Shown in pieces: positions 1 through 7,262 of a stretch of 24,358 bases of DNA. The first letter of the stretch is position 1, and each line of letters opens with the position of its first letter. Under the pieces are notes generated by a model. The model worked only from the letters and a program-made list of their open reading frames with translations. It searched no databases and was not told where the DNA came from. Origin of the DNA: a virus (lineage: Duplodnaviria > Caudoviricetes); the IMG/VR virus record IMGVR_UViG_3300032009_000018, positions 1 through 24,358 of that record; one strand, given 5' to 3'. Position numbers and translations under genes: made by a program.

Positions 1-6
1 CCAATA

Positions 7-79
7 GCTCCTGTGGCTCAATTGGCACAGCAGCCGCCTTGTAAGCGGCCATCTACGGGTTCAAGTCCTGTCGGGAGCA
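7..79 (+). tRNA. tRNA-Thr (anticodon TGT)
   Basis: Acceptor GCTCCTG (7-13)/CGGGAGC (72-78); D arm GCTC-AATTGGCA-CAGC with one C:C mismatch; anticodon stem GCCGC/GCGGC, loop CTTGTAA; T arm ACGGG-TTCAAGT-CCTGT; discriminator A79 followed by CAA rather than CCA. CCA at 1-3 is probably the end of a preceding tRNA. Confidence 0.9.
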
Positions 80-83
80 CAAT

Positions 84-160
84 CGGTCCTTGGCTCAGTG
101 GATAGAGCAGCCGTCTTCCTAAGCGGCATGTCGAGAGTTCAAATCTCTCAGGGCCGACCA
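84..160 (+). tRNA. tRNA-Arg with expanded anticodon arm (8-nt loop CTTCCTAA; TCCT, or CCT with a bulged stem)
   Basis: Acceptor CGGTCCT (84-90)/AGGGCCG (150-156), A157, CCA 158-160; D arm GCTC-AGTGGATA-GAGC with the Arg determinant A20; stem GCCGT/GCGGC around 115-122; 5-nt variable loop; T arm GAGAG-TTCAAAT-CTCTC; 77 nt. Confidence 0.88.
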
Positions 161-161
161 A

Positions 162-347
162 TCACCAGGCATCCACGTACCAAATCGCAGCGCCCACAGC
201 AGTGATGAAGAGTACCTTTCCAATCAGCGAGCGGATTACTTCAGACGCAAGCTGTCCAGCCTCTGAGTTTGCAAAGCCTGAGTAGGCACCCCAGATCCCA
301 ACTGCGATCTTTCTGCAAGCATCGAAGGTGCTGAGACGGTCAGGCAT
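162..347 (-). CDS. Small membrane protein, 61 aa, C-terminal hydrophobic helix
   Basis: ATG at 347 with GGAGG 4 nt upstream, overlapping the upstream gene by 8 nt; VLFITAVGAAIWYV; track ORF 162..371 trimmed. Confidence 0.65.
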   Translation of the reverse strand: MPDRLSTFDACRKIAVGIWGAYSGFANSEAGQLASEVIRSLIGKVLFITAVGAAIWYVDAW

Positions 348-741
348 TCTTCCTCCGGATGGCAATCTCAAGCAGAGTTCCAGCTAGGACGCCAAGCATC
401 GGTCCAATCCAATATAGCGGGATATCCGTCAGACCGGTGCAAATCCCTTGCCAAGGAAGCGAGGCAGCTTCCTTTTCAAAGCCTCTGCCAATACGACAGG
501 CAACGACTTGGAAGTCCTCAAGGAAACCCCAGGCACAAACCGCGAAGACGGCAGCAGTGAAATACTTCCTGCGTGGCATCAAGATTGCGATCAATGCCCA
601 GAGTAGACACCCCTTCAGTCCCTGGGCTGCATAGAACAGCGCTCGATAGGTGTACGCAGGATCAGGCCACCATTGAGCTAGAGGCTCCATCCCATAGTGA
701 ACAGAACCAATCAAGATCAACAGGACCAGGAGCGTTCTCAC
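340..741 (-). CDS. Multi-pass membrane protein, 133 aa, unknown function
   Basis: GTG at 741 overlaps the upstream stop (GTGA); about four hydrophobic segments; Cys pair in VACRI...QGICT; the first 67 codons of track ORF 340..942 overlap other genes. Confidence 0.75.
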   Translation of the reverse strand: MRTLLVLLILIGSVHYGMEPLAQWWPDPAYTYRALFYAAQGLKGCLLWALIAILMPRRKYFTAAVFAVCAWGFLEDFQVVACRIGRGFEKEAASLPWQGICTGLTDIPLYWIGPMLGVLAGTLLEIAIRRKNA

Positions 742-896
742 TTCTTTATTGGAGGATCGTCTGATTCGCCAGGGCCACCGTCGCCCATAGCGGTCATCTT
801 GCCATCTTCGACGGTAGGAGTCTTGAGCTTGGTGAGGTAGTACCACGCGGCACCAGCACCAGCCACAAGGCCAGCGAGGAAAGCGAACAGTTCCAT
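738..896 (-). CDS. 52-aa peptide with N-terminal membrane/signal segment and Gly/Pro/acidic tail (not in ORF track)
   Basis: AAGGAG-5nt-ATG at 896; MELFAFLAGLVAGAGAAWYYLTKLKTPTVEDGKMTAMGDGGPGESDDPPIKK; TGA overlaps the next GTG. Confidence 0.8.
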   Translation of the reverse strand: MELFAFLAGLVAGAGAAWYYLTKLKTPTVEDGKMTAMGDGGPGESDDPPIKK

Positions 897-908
897 AGAG
901 ACTCCTTG

Positions 909-1142
909 TTACTTGTTTAATCCTACCGCAGCAGCGCGGCATTTGTCATACTGCTCTGCCAGTTGGTACGCTTTGCGCACCCAGCCGGCCAAAGTAGGAT
1001 CAGTCGCTGGGGTTCTTTCTGGGCACTCCGCTTGGATCAAGTGAACTTGCGGAGGCGGGGATGGCGGAGTTGAAGAGGCGCAGGCTGTCTGGGCCAGTAT
1101 TGCACTCAGCAAGCTTGTATACGTCACGAGTTTGAATCTCAC
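909..1142 (-). CDS. Outer-membrane spanin (Rz1-like lipoprotein)
   Basis: AGGAGG-6nt-GTG at 1142; signal peptide ending in lipobox-like AQTAC, Pro-rich linker, two more Cys; starts inside the i-spanin in the +1 frame. Confidence 0.85.
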   Translation of the reverse strand: MRFKLVTYTSLLSAILAQTACASSTPPSPPPQVHLIQAECPERTPATDPTLAGWVRKAYQLAEQYDKCRAAAVGLNK

Positions 1143-1362
1143 GTTCAACCTCCTGTTTTATGGTTTGGTGCTTGATCGTGATCTTGCTGATGGCTTGAGC
1201 TGCCGCGCTGGCCGCTGCGTCTGCTGCCTTGGCTGCGATCTTGTCTTCTCGGCCTTGCGATGCAAGTTCAGAGTCGCTGCCAGCTTTGAAGAACCAATGA
1301 GCTGTTCCGGCAATGCTGCCAGCCCAAAGAGCGATGACGCCGAGGATGGCCCAAGGATTCAT
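1000..1362 (-). CDS. Inner-membrane spanin (Rz-like)
   Basis: ATG at 1362 overlaps the endolysin stop (ATGA); N-terminal TM, Ala-rich helix, TIKQEVEREI and a C-terminal Cys; overlaps the lipoprotein gene. Confidence 0.85.
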   Translation of the reverse strand: MNPWAILGVIALWAGSIAGTAHWFFKAGSDSELASQGREDKIAAKAADAAASAAAQAISKITIKHQTIKQEVEREIQTRDVYKLAECNTGPDSLRLFNSAIPASASSLDPSGVPRKNPSD

Positions 1363-1817
1363 GCAACTCCCTCGGTGTAGGTTGTGCCGCCTTCTCCAAA
1401 GTGAGCCGTCAAGATCTGAAGACGAGGAACGCCAGAAGCAAAGCTGATATGGACCCAATCACCTTCTTGGATCAACTGGTCGAACTGAAGAAAATTCGCA
1501 TACAGAGCAAGCTTCTTGACGATAGCCAGTGGCGAGCCAAACTCTGGGGCTGTGAAATCAGCGGCCTGACCAAGCAGATGCTGGCTGTTCTTTGCCCCAC
1601 CGACAGTTGCATTTAACGCAGCGCTTCGATAGCCTGAGCTGATATTTACAGGAACTTGAAGAACGTTTCTGACACGCTGCATCCCAGGAGCAAGAACAAT
1701 CCGAATGTTATTCAATGCATCTTCAGAAGGGATGTTTTCGATACCTTTGCGCGTAGCCGTATCTGATCTGATGAACTCTGACAACCAGAAAGAAGTCTGG
1801 AGGCGTTCGTCTTTCAC
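1359..1817 (-). CDS. Endolysin, peptidase M15A family zinc peptidase
   Basis: SGYRS-x3-N-x2-VGGAKNSQH-x2-GQAADF and WVHISF motifs; lies between holin-like genes and spanins. Confidence 0.92.
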   Translation of the reverse strand: MKDERLQTSFWLSEFIRSDTATRKGIENIPSEDALNNIRIVLAPGMQRVRNVLQVPVNISSGYRSAALNATVGGAKNSQHLLGQAADFTAPEFGSPLAIVKKLALYANFLQFDQLIQEGDWVHISFASGVPRLQILTAHFGEGGTTYTEGVA

Positions 1818-2164
1818 TTGTGGCCCCCGTGAACTTTGGAGAGTTCGGCCTGATCCATTTCCACGAAGTCACTTTCTCTCCGGTGCAGCTTCTTTGGATT
1901 GGACTTCTTGCGTAGATACCCTAGGATCACGATGGATAGACCGGCACTCACGAGGAACAAGGCTCGCTCAAGAGCCATCACATCAGACACCGTAACGCCA
2001 TCCAGAAGCCGAGCGGAGATAGCGGCAAACCCTACTGCGAGGAGGATCAGACCCGTCTTGATGATGACTCCATCCTTCACCCGATGGCTGAGAATCGCAC
2101 CGATCAACCCAAGACTGATGATCCCGCAGAGGGCCGCATTGATTGCAGTGAAGATCTGATCCAT
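1814..2164 (-). CDS. Holin- or antiholin-like membrane protein, 116 aa
   Basis: GAGGAGG-8nt-ATG at 2164 (MDQIFTAI); three TM segments and a basic tail; GTGA overlap with the endolysin. Confidence 0.7.
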   Translation of the reverse strand: MDQIFTAINAALCGIISLGLIGAILSHRVKDGVIIKTGLILLAVGFAAISARLLDGVTVSDVMALERALFLVSAGLSIVILGYLRKKSNPKKLHRRESDFVEMDQAELSKVHGGHK

Positions 2165-2166
2165 GC

Positions 2167-2484
2167 TTATGGCCTCCTCGAAATCCAACCGGTGATGATC
2201 TGGCCTACTGGAGTTTGTCTGATCCCATCCAGCAACGCAGCAGCAAGCGACATGCCAACAAGGCCAAGCATGAATGCTGCGACGTTCAGATACGTCTGAG
2301 AAGTCCAATGGAACCACTCAGAGATGGCCGGAGCAACAATACCAGCCGCGGCAGATCCAGCGATGACATTTACAAAACGCTCGCCATTGCTTGCGCCTGG
2401 CGTGAACTTCAAAGCAGTGATCAAGGCCCCAGCAGCCCCAAGGACGAAGGGGCTTTTCACAAGCTTTTCAGGATCAAATTCCAT
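2167..2484 (-). CDS. Holin-like membrane protein, 105 aa
   Basis: AGGAG upstream; about three TM segments, FMLGLVGM motif; first gene of the lysis cassette. Confidence 0.75.
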   Translation of the reverse strand: MEFDPEKLVKSPFVLGAAGALITALKFTPGASNGERFVNVIAGSAAAGIVAPAISEWFHWTSQTYLNVAAFMLGLVGMSLAAALLDGIRQTPVGQIITGWISRRP

Positions 2485-2492
2485 CGTCGCTC

Positions 2493-4787
2493 CTAGATAG
2501 AAATTCTGAATGTGATGGAGCCAGTCACCTGTGTTGCTGGGTAGTCTGTTCCAGAAGCCTGGAGACCAATTTGCACCGGAGGAGATTCTTGACGAATGTA
2601 GATGTAATCGATGGTGACTGCGCCAGCGGTACGAACAGCCTTTGTAGAAGCCGTTTGCGAGAACGTCACTGCTTGAGCGCCGACACCTGCCGCAAGATTG
2701 ATCTGAATCCCATTCGCAAAACTCACAACGCTGGACACGAACTTGGCTTGATTGATACCAGTGGTATAGGTGACAACACCACCAGAACTCATATTCACCT
2801 TCACGATCAAGTCGATGCCCTGCATCATCCCAGAGGTGAAGCTTTGTCCAACAGGAACGTTGATGTTGTTATCACCAAAGAACCTATCCGTCGCCCCGTT
2901 TATGCCTGTTTGAGCACCAACATAAGGAGAAACACTTGTAAGCTCGATGCTATTTGCGACAGTCGAATTGTTCGTTCCGCCAGAGGCTAGATTGTTCAGG
3001 CCATTGGTCCATCCACCCCGGATCGAGTTACCGGTGATCGATCCATTGATTGCGTCTGGACCTGCAAAGCCAATGCACAGCCCAATCACACCCAGATAAG
3101 TTGTGTTCTGGATGAGGTTTCCGGTAACCGCAGCGCCAGTGATCGTCCCCGACAACTGAACACCGATGCCAGCTGGATTTGTTCCAGGGTAAATACCAGT
3201 TTGACCAGGAGGAACGCCGACTTCATAGACCTGATTTCCACATACAACGGCGTTACCCGCAAACCCAGCAGCAGCGCCAGCATTGCGCTCGATGTAGATT
3301 CCGGCTGCCTGAGCAGAGACAGGATAAGCAATCCGCTGAACGATGTTGTCCGACACGATCATGTTACGGATCAGGCCCAAAGAGCCGTTCACCAGCATGA
3401 TTCCGTAGCCACTGTCAGAGACGATGTTCTCAGTGATGATGGCGGTATCGACACTATGCGCATCAATGCCCTTGCGCTTGTTTCCTCGGAAGATGTTGCT
3501 TGTAATCAGTAGACGAGTCGGGGCGGTGCCATTATTGGCGCCGATGCCATACCCGGGGTCAATGTCGGTATGGGCAATCGATGCATTCGGGTGGCCGTTG
3601 TTCTCTACCGTGTTGTCATGCACCACCAAATCACTACAACGATGAACCTCAATGCCAGCGTTGTAGTTGTCATGTAGGTAGTTTTCAATGACAGTCACGC
3701 GAGCTGGAGCTGCCCACCCGTAGGATTCGACAAGACCAGAATCAATCTGGACGCCATCCTCATTGAAGCCAGAAACTTCGCATCGAGTAACCAGCACATC
3801 AGTCGAGCCCTTGGCGATGAAGATACCAGATCCGGCATTCGTGATATAGCCACCACCCTTCCAAGTTCCCCATGTAGCAGCAGTGCCGCCACCGAATTGA
3901 GGAAACGCTCCTCCATATCCGCCCGTATTGAATGCAGAAGTGTTCTGGGAATTATTGCGGTTGGGTCCGTTGGCTACAGTGGTAGCGTTGTAATAACCGG
4001 CGGTGGTGATGCCCTTCTCTGCTCGTCCCGTTGTTCCGTCGATAGGAGGGAAATTACCAGATCCAATGATCGTGAAGTTCTGAATCGTGATGTCAGATGA
4101 TTCAAGAACATCAAGAACACTTTGAGCGTGAACATTGATCTGTAGCGTCGCCCCCTGTCCGTCAAGAACAAGTCCCTGCTTTTGATAGACACAGAGACAC
4201 GGCTGTTCATTGTGGGAATAAACAGAAGGAAGTAGCGTAGTGTTCTTTGTCAGGACATAGACCTGACCTGGCTTGCAAAGGAGCCGCGACCCATTAGGTG
4301 CGCCATCGATAGCAGCTTGCAGCTTGAGCGTGTCACTAGCACCTGTGAAGTCTTCAACACTCAGAACCTGAAGGTTCTTTGTATGCTGGGTTTGGGCAAC
4401 GGCACCTGTATAGGGCTGCTCAACACCGATAAGCGCGTCGCCCTTCGTGACATCCGCTGTGTTAGCGAGATCACTGATGAATTGAGAGCTTGCAGCCGAA
4501 ATGCCTGAGATATTGTCATATGTACCAATGACATTGCCAATTGCATCTGTGAGGATGAACTTATATGCAATTGAGTTATCCAGCCAGATTTCTTGTGGCG
4601 GACGACCACCCGCATCAAGCGCAATTGGATTCGAGTTTGGCGTGATGCCAGAAGATGTTGTGTAGGTGAGTGCAGGGGTATTCGTCCCAGCTTGGTATGT
4701 GTTGATAAGACCAAGGGTAAGAGGAATACCGAAAGGCGTAAAACCCTGCCATCCGTTAAAAATTGGAGACAACGAGACGCTAGGCAT
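2493..4787 (-). CDS. Tailspike / receptor-binding protein with right-handed parallel beta-helix
   Basis: N-terminal virion-attachment segment (TYQAGTNTP...NPIALDAGGR...YKFIL), neck KGDALIGV...LSVEDF, then many Asn-ladder beta-helix repeats (VIENYLHDNYNAGI, ITSNIFRGNKRKGID). Confidence 0.88.
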   Translation of the reverse strand: MPSVSLSPIFNGWQGFTPFGIPLTLGLINTYQAGTNTPALTYTTSSGITPNSNPIALDAGGRPPQEIWLDNSIAYKFILTDAIGNVIGTYDNISGISAASSQFISDLANTADVTKGDALIGVEQPYTGAVAQTQHTKNLQVLSVEDFTGASDTLKLQAAIDGAPNGSRLLCKPGQVYVLTKNTTLLPSVYSHNEQPCLCVYQKQGLVLDGQGATLQINVHAQSVLDVLESSDITIQNFTIIGSGNFPPIDGTTGRAEKGITTAGYYNATTVANGPNRNNSQNTSAFNTGGYGGAFPQFGGGTAATWGTWKGGGYITNAGSGIFIAKGSTDVLVTRCEVSGFNEDGVQIDSGLVESYGWAAPARVTVIENYLHDNYNAGIEVHRCSDLVVHDNTVENNGHPNASIAHTDIDPGYGIGANNGTAPTRLLITSNIFRGNKRKGIDAHSVDTAIITENIVSDSGYGIMLVNGSLGLIRNMIVSDNIVQRIAYPVSAQAAGIYIERNAGAAAGFAGNAVVCGNQVYEVGVPPGQTGIYPGTNPAGIGVQLSGTITGAAVTGNLIQNTTYLGVIGLCIGFAGPDAINGSITGNSIRGGWTNGLNNLASGGTNNSTVANSIELTSVSPYVGAQTGINGATDRFFGDNNINVPVGQSFTSGMMQGIDLIVKVNMSSGGVVTYTTGINQAKFVSSVVSFANGIQINLAAGVGAQAVTFSQTASTKAVRTAGAVTIDYIYIRQESPPVQIGLQASGTDYPATQVTGSITFRISI

Positions 4788-4792
4788 AGAAT
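4763..4792 (+). promoter_or_regulatory. Candidate sigma70 promoter for a leaderless antisense transcript
   Basis: TTGGAG (4763-4768), 18 nt, TAGAAT (4787-4792); ATG at 4799 begins 6 nt after the -10. Confidence 0.35.
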
Positions 4793-4798
4793 GCTCCG

Positions 4799-4978
4799 AT
4801 GAACTGGACCGCCATTTTCATACTCGCATTATTGTCCGTTTTGCGAGAGCGGGCATATGACATTGGGCTCATTGTCGGGCTCTCTTTTGCTGCTGTTCGG
4901 CAACACCTGCTTTCGTCCCCAACTTTGCCAGATCAAAAACATTCGTACCCGTACCTTGTTTGGACAAGGAAGGATTAA
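4799..4978 (+). CDS. Putative 59-aa antisense membrane protein (not in ORF track)
   Basis: MNWTAIFILALLSVLRERAYDIGLIVGLSFAAVRQHLL...; starts in the 81-bp gap between ejection gene and tailspike; no Shine-Dalgarno, -10 box just upstream. Confidence 0.45.
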   Translation: MNWTAIFILALLSVLRERAYDIGLIVGLSFAAVRQHLLSSPTLPDQKHSYPYLVWTRKD

Positions 4979-7262
4979 CGGCTTCATTGATGAGAGTTGA
5001 AGCTCGGGTCGCTTTGTTGCCTTGTTGAAGGGTATTGGCAGCAGTGGAAAGACCAGGAACGGCCTTGGCAATGTCATAGAGTCGATTCAATACACCGCCG
5101 CTAACAGCCTCCTGAACGAGATTCGCACCAGCACTTGCTGTGTTTGAAGTGTTCACAGCCGAAGCCTTTGGCGCATAGAGAGCATCCTCAGCAACTTGAT
5201 TCAGTTGCTTAAGCTGCGCCATCCGATCCTTACCAAGCACAGCCTCTAGACGAGCCGAGACATTCGGGTTGTTGACAAAGTTCTTCAGCTTGGCTTGGGA
5301 GAAGATCTCATTCCCGCCATTGGCATTATTTGTCACTTGCGAACGGATGTGACCCATGATGCTGGATTGCAGCGATGCGAGGGCTTCAGGGCTTTCCTTT
5401 TGAAGGACATCGGTCATGCTCTTGATCTGGCTGACATTGCCTTGAAGGATGTTCTTCTGAATGAACTTGTCCGGTTCAACTCCAGAAATCGCATCCTTCA
5501 AACCTGGCGTCTTGTCAATCAGATCAAAGCGAGCCTTTGCAGCCTCTCGAGCTTGCATTGCGAGCTTCCCAGCCTCACCAGCCTGCCCAGATCCAGCGCC
5601 TTCAGTGATGGCGTTCTGAACTGACCTGCGCAGATCATCAAGAGCATGAGCCTGAGCAGTCATCTTGGGATCGTAGTTGCGGTTGATGTCCTTGATGAGG
5701 GATTCGGCATCCTCAATGCTGAAGGTCTTCGCCTGCGTTCCTTTCATCAGCCCCAGAGATTCAAACTGTTTACGGATGGCGGAAGGAATCGCATCACCAT
5801 AGGACTTCACTGCATTGGCGTAGTCTTGAGCCAAACCTTGCAGAGGAACGTCCAGATTCTTGCCTGTGTGCGACTTGAAAGCATCATAGGCACTAGTAAC
5901 GCCCTGCTTCAGTTTGGAGTCAAACGACTGAAGACTATCGATGGCGGACTTACCAGCAGAAACAATGTCCTGCCCTCCAGAAGCTCCCATTGCATCCAGA
6001 TTGGCGACGAGCGCCTTGTTCTGAGCCTGAAGGGTCTGAGTGATGGGTTCGCCGACTCCTTGAATGCCGCGCAGGTTCTGCTCCTTGGCAAATTGCATCG
6101 CATCACGGCTGATCTGACCTTGAAGCATAGGAACTGGAATCGGGAGGGTCTGGGCACGCGTCAAACGGGTCAGCGCCTCAGGATCAACTTTCCCCGTTGT
6201 CTTGATGGCTGTAGAAACCTGCTGCTTGAGCCAATCGAACAAACCTGGAGGGACATCGGTAGGATTTATGCCTTGCGCGGAAAACGTCTTGGAAACGAGA
6301 TCTTCAGCAGCTTTCTCCGGATTTCCAGATACAAGCTTTGAAGCTCCCGTCTTGAGCGTGGAAATCCCCTTGTTGAGCATGGAGGAAAGACCAGCACCAG
6401 CAAGAGTACCTAGTCCACCAGCAACACCACCAGCCCCAAGCTGCTTAGCCTTGGCAGTGAGGAAGTCATCATTGCCTTCAACAGGAGTAGTCAGCGCATT
6501 CAAGGCTGCACCGCTGAGCGCGCCTTTCACAACCGTTCCAGTCAGTGATCCGCCTTTGGAGAATGGGACAAGCTTGTTGACTGGACTCACAACAACGCCA
6601 GTGACCTCACCAGCCATATTGGCTGTTGGATGAACTTTTTGATATGGTGCGTTTTCTTGATTGAGCTTCTGAACGCCTTCAAGTGCATCCCTCTGGAGCC
6701 AATCACCAATATTCTCAAGAGTGTTCTTCTTGTACCCGCCAGGAACTAGATCGCTGACAGACTTCTCATGCGCCAGCTCGCCACCGTAAGAAAGAGCCTT
6801 GCCGGCGAGCTGCTGGACGGCCAGAACTCCCTTACCAAAGGCCGCACCCGCACCCGCACCAAATGAAGTAATGGCGCCAGGCTCCTCCGTAGAAGTAATG
6901 GGAGTCTTACCCGGAAGAGTTGCTACTCTCGGGGTGAAATTGGTCACTCCTGGAGCCCTGGTATCTGGCTGACCTGAACTCACAGCACCAGAAACGACAT
7001 TAGACAGGTCATCAAATTGACCTCCGCCAACTGCAGGTGCGGAAGCTTTTGAAACACTCCCGGTGGTGCGGGAAATCTCCCGATTCAGGGTAGCAATTTC
7101 TTCAGGATTCGTGGCCTTGGAGAGTTCTTGACGAAGGATGCGGAGACGCTCACTGTCACGGCCAGCCTGAACGCTAGGTGAAATCTTGGTAGAAGATGCA
7201 GGCGCTGCCGGCTGCTTTGCCTGAGGCAGAGCAGATGTGACGACTTCGGCAAGATCATCCAT
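4869..7262 (-). CDS. Large DNA ejection (transfer) protein, P22 gp16 position
   Basis: 797 aa, Ala/Gly/Gln-rich helical with Gly-rich hydrophobic stretches, NTSNTA near the C terminus; third ejection gene, TGATG coupling. Confidence 0.75.
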   Translation of the reverse strand: MDDLAEVVTSALPQAKQPAAPASSTKISPSVQAGRDSERLRILRQELSKATNPEEIATLNREISRTTGSVSKASAPAVGGGQFDDLSNVVSGAVSSGQPDTRAPGVTNFTPRVATLPGKTPITSTEEPGAITSFGAGAGAAFGKGVLAVQQLAGKALSYGGELAHEKSVSDLVPGGYKKNTLENIGDWLQRDALEGVQKLNQENAPYQKVHPTANMAGEVTGVVVSPVNKLVPFSKGGSLTGTVVKGALSGAALNALTTPVEGNDDFLTAKAKQLGAGGVAGGLGTLAGAGLSSMLNKGISTLKTGASKLVSGNPEKAAEDLVSKTFSAQGINPTDVPPGLFDWLKQQVSTAIKTTGKVDPEALTRLTRAQTLPIPVPMLQGQISRDAMQFAKEQNLRGIQGVGEPITQTLQAQNKALVANLDAMGASGGQDIVSAGKSAIDSLQSFDSKLKQGVTSAYDAFKSHTGKNLDVPLQGLAQDYANAVKSYGDAIPSAIRKQFESLGLMKGTQAKTFSIEDAESLIKDINRNYDPKMTAQAHALDDLRRSVQNAITEGAGSGQAGEAGKLAMQAREAAKARFDLIDKTPGLKDAISGVEPDKFIQKNILQGNVSQIKSMTDVLQKESPEALASLQSSIMGHIRSQVTNNANGGNEIFSQAKLKNFVNNPNVSARLEAVLGKDRMAQLKQLNQVAEDALYAPKASAVNTSNTASAGANLVQEAVSGGVLNRLYDIAKAVPGLSTAANTLQQGNKATRASTLINEAVNPSLSKQGTGTNVFDLAKLGTKAGVAEQQQKRARQ

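Noticed and set aside
1-160. tRNAs as host genes marking a prophage attachment site
   Set aside because: No integrase or duplicated tRNA 3' end in view, spacers are only 3-4 nt and both tRNAs have non-canonical features, which fits a phage array better; not fully excluded without flanking sequence.
742-942. N-terminal 67 codons of track ORF 340..942
   Set aside because: Overlaps the o-spanin end and the 52-aa ORF with a strong RBS; GTG at 741 is the better start.
2167-2180. AGG AGG at the end of the first holin as a programmed fusion site
   Set aside because: A +1 shift does not enter the second holin frame, and GAGGAGG is that gene's Shine-Dalgarno. It also shows that terminal AGGA can be an RBS by-product.
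4780-4863. 27-codon minus-strand ORF before the tailspike
   Set aside because: Weak RBS and no features; could only be a coupling leader, not supportable.
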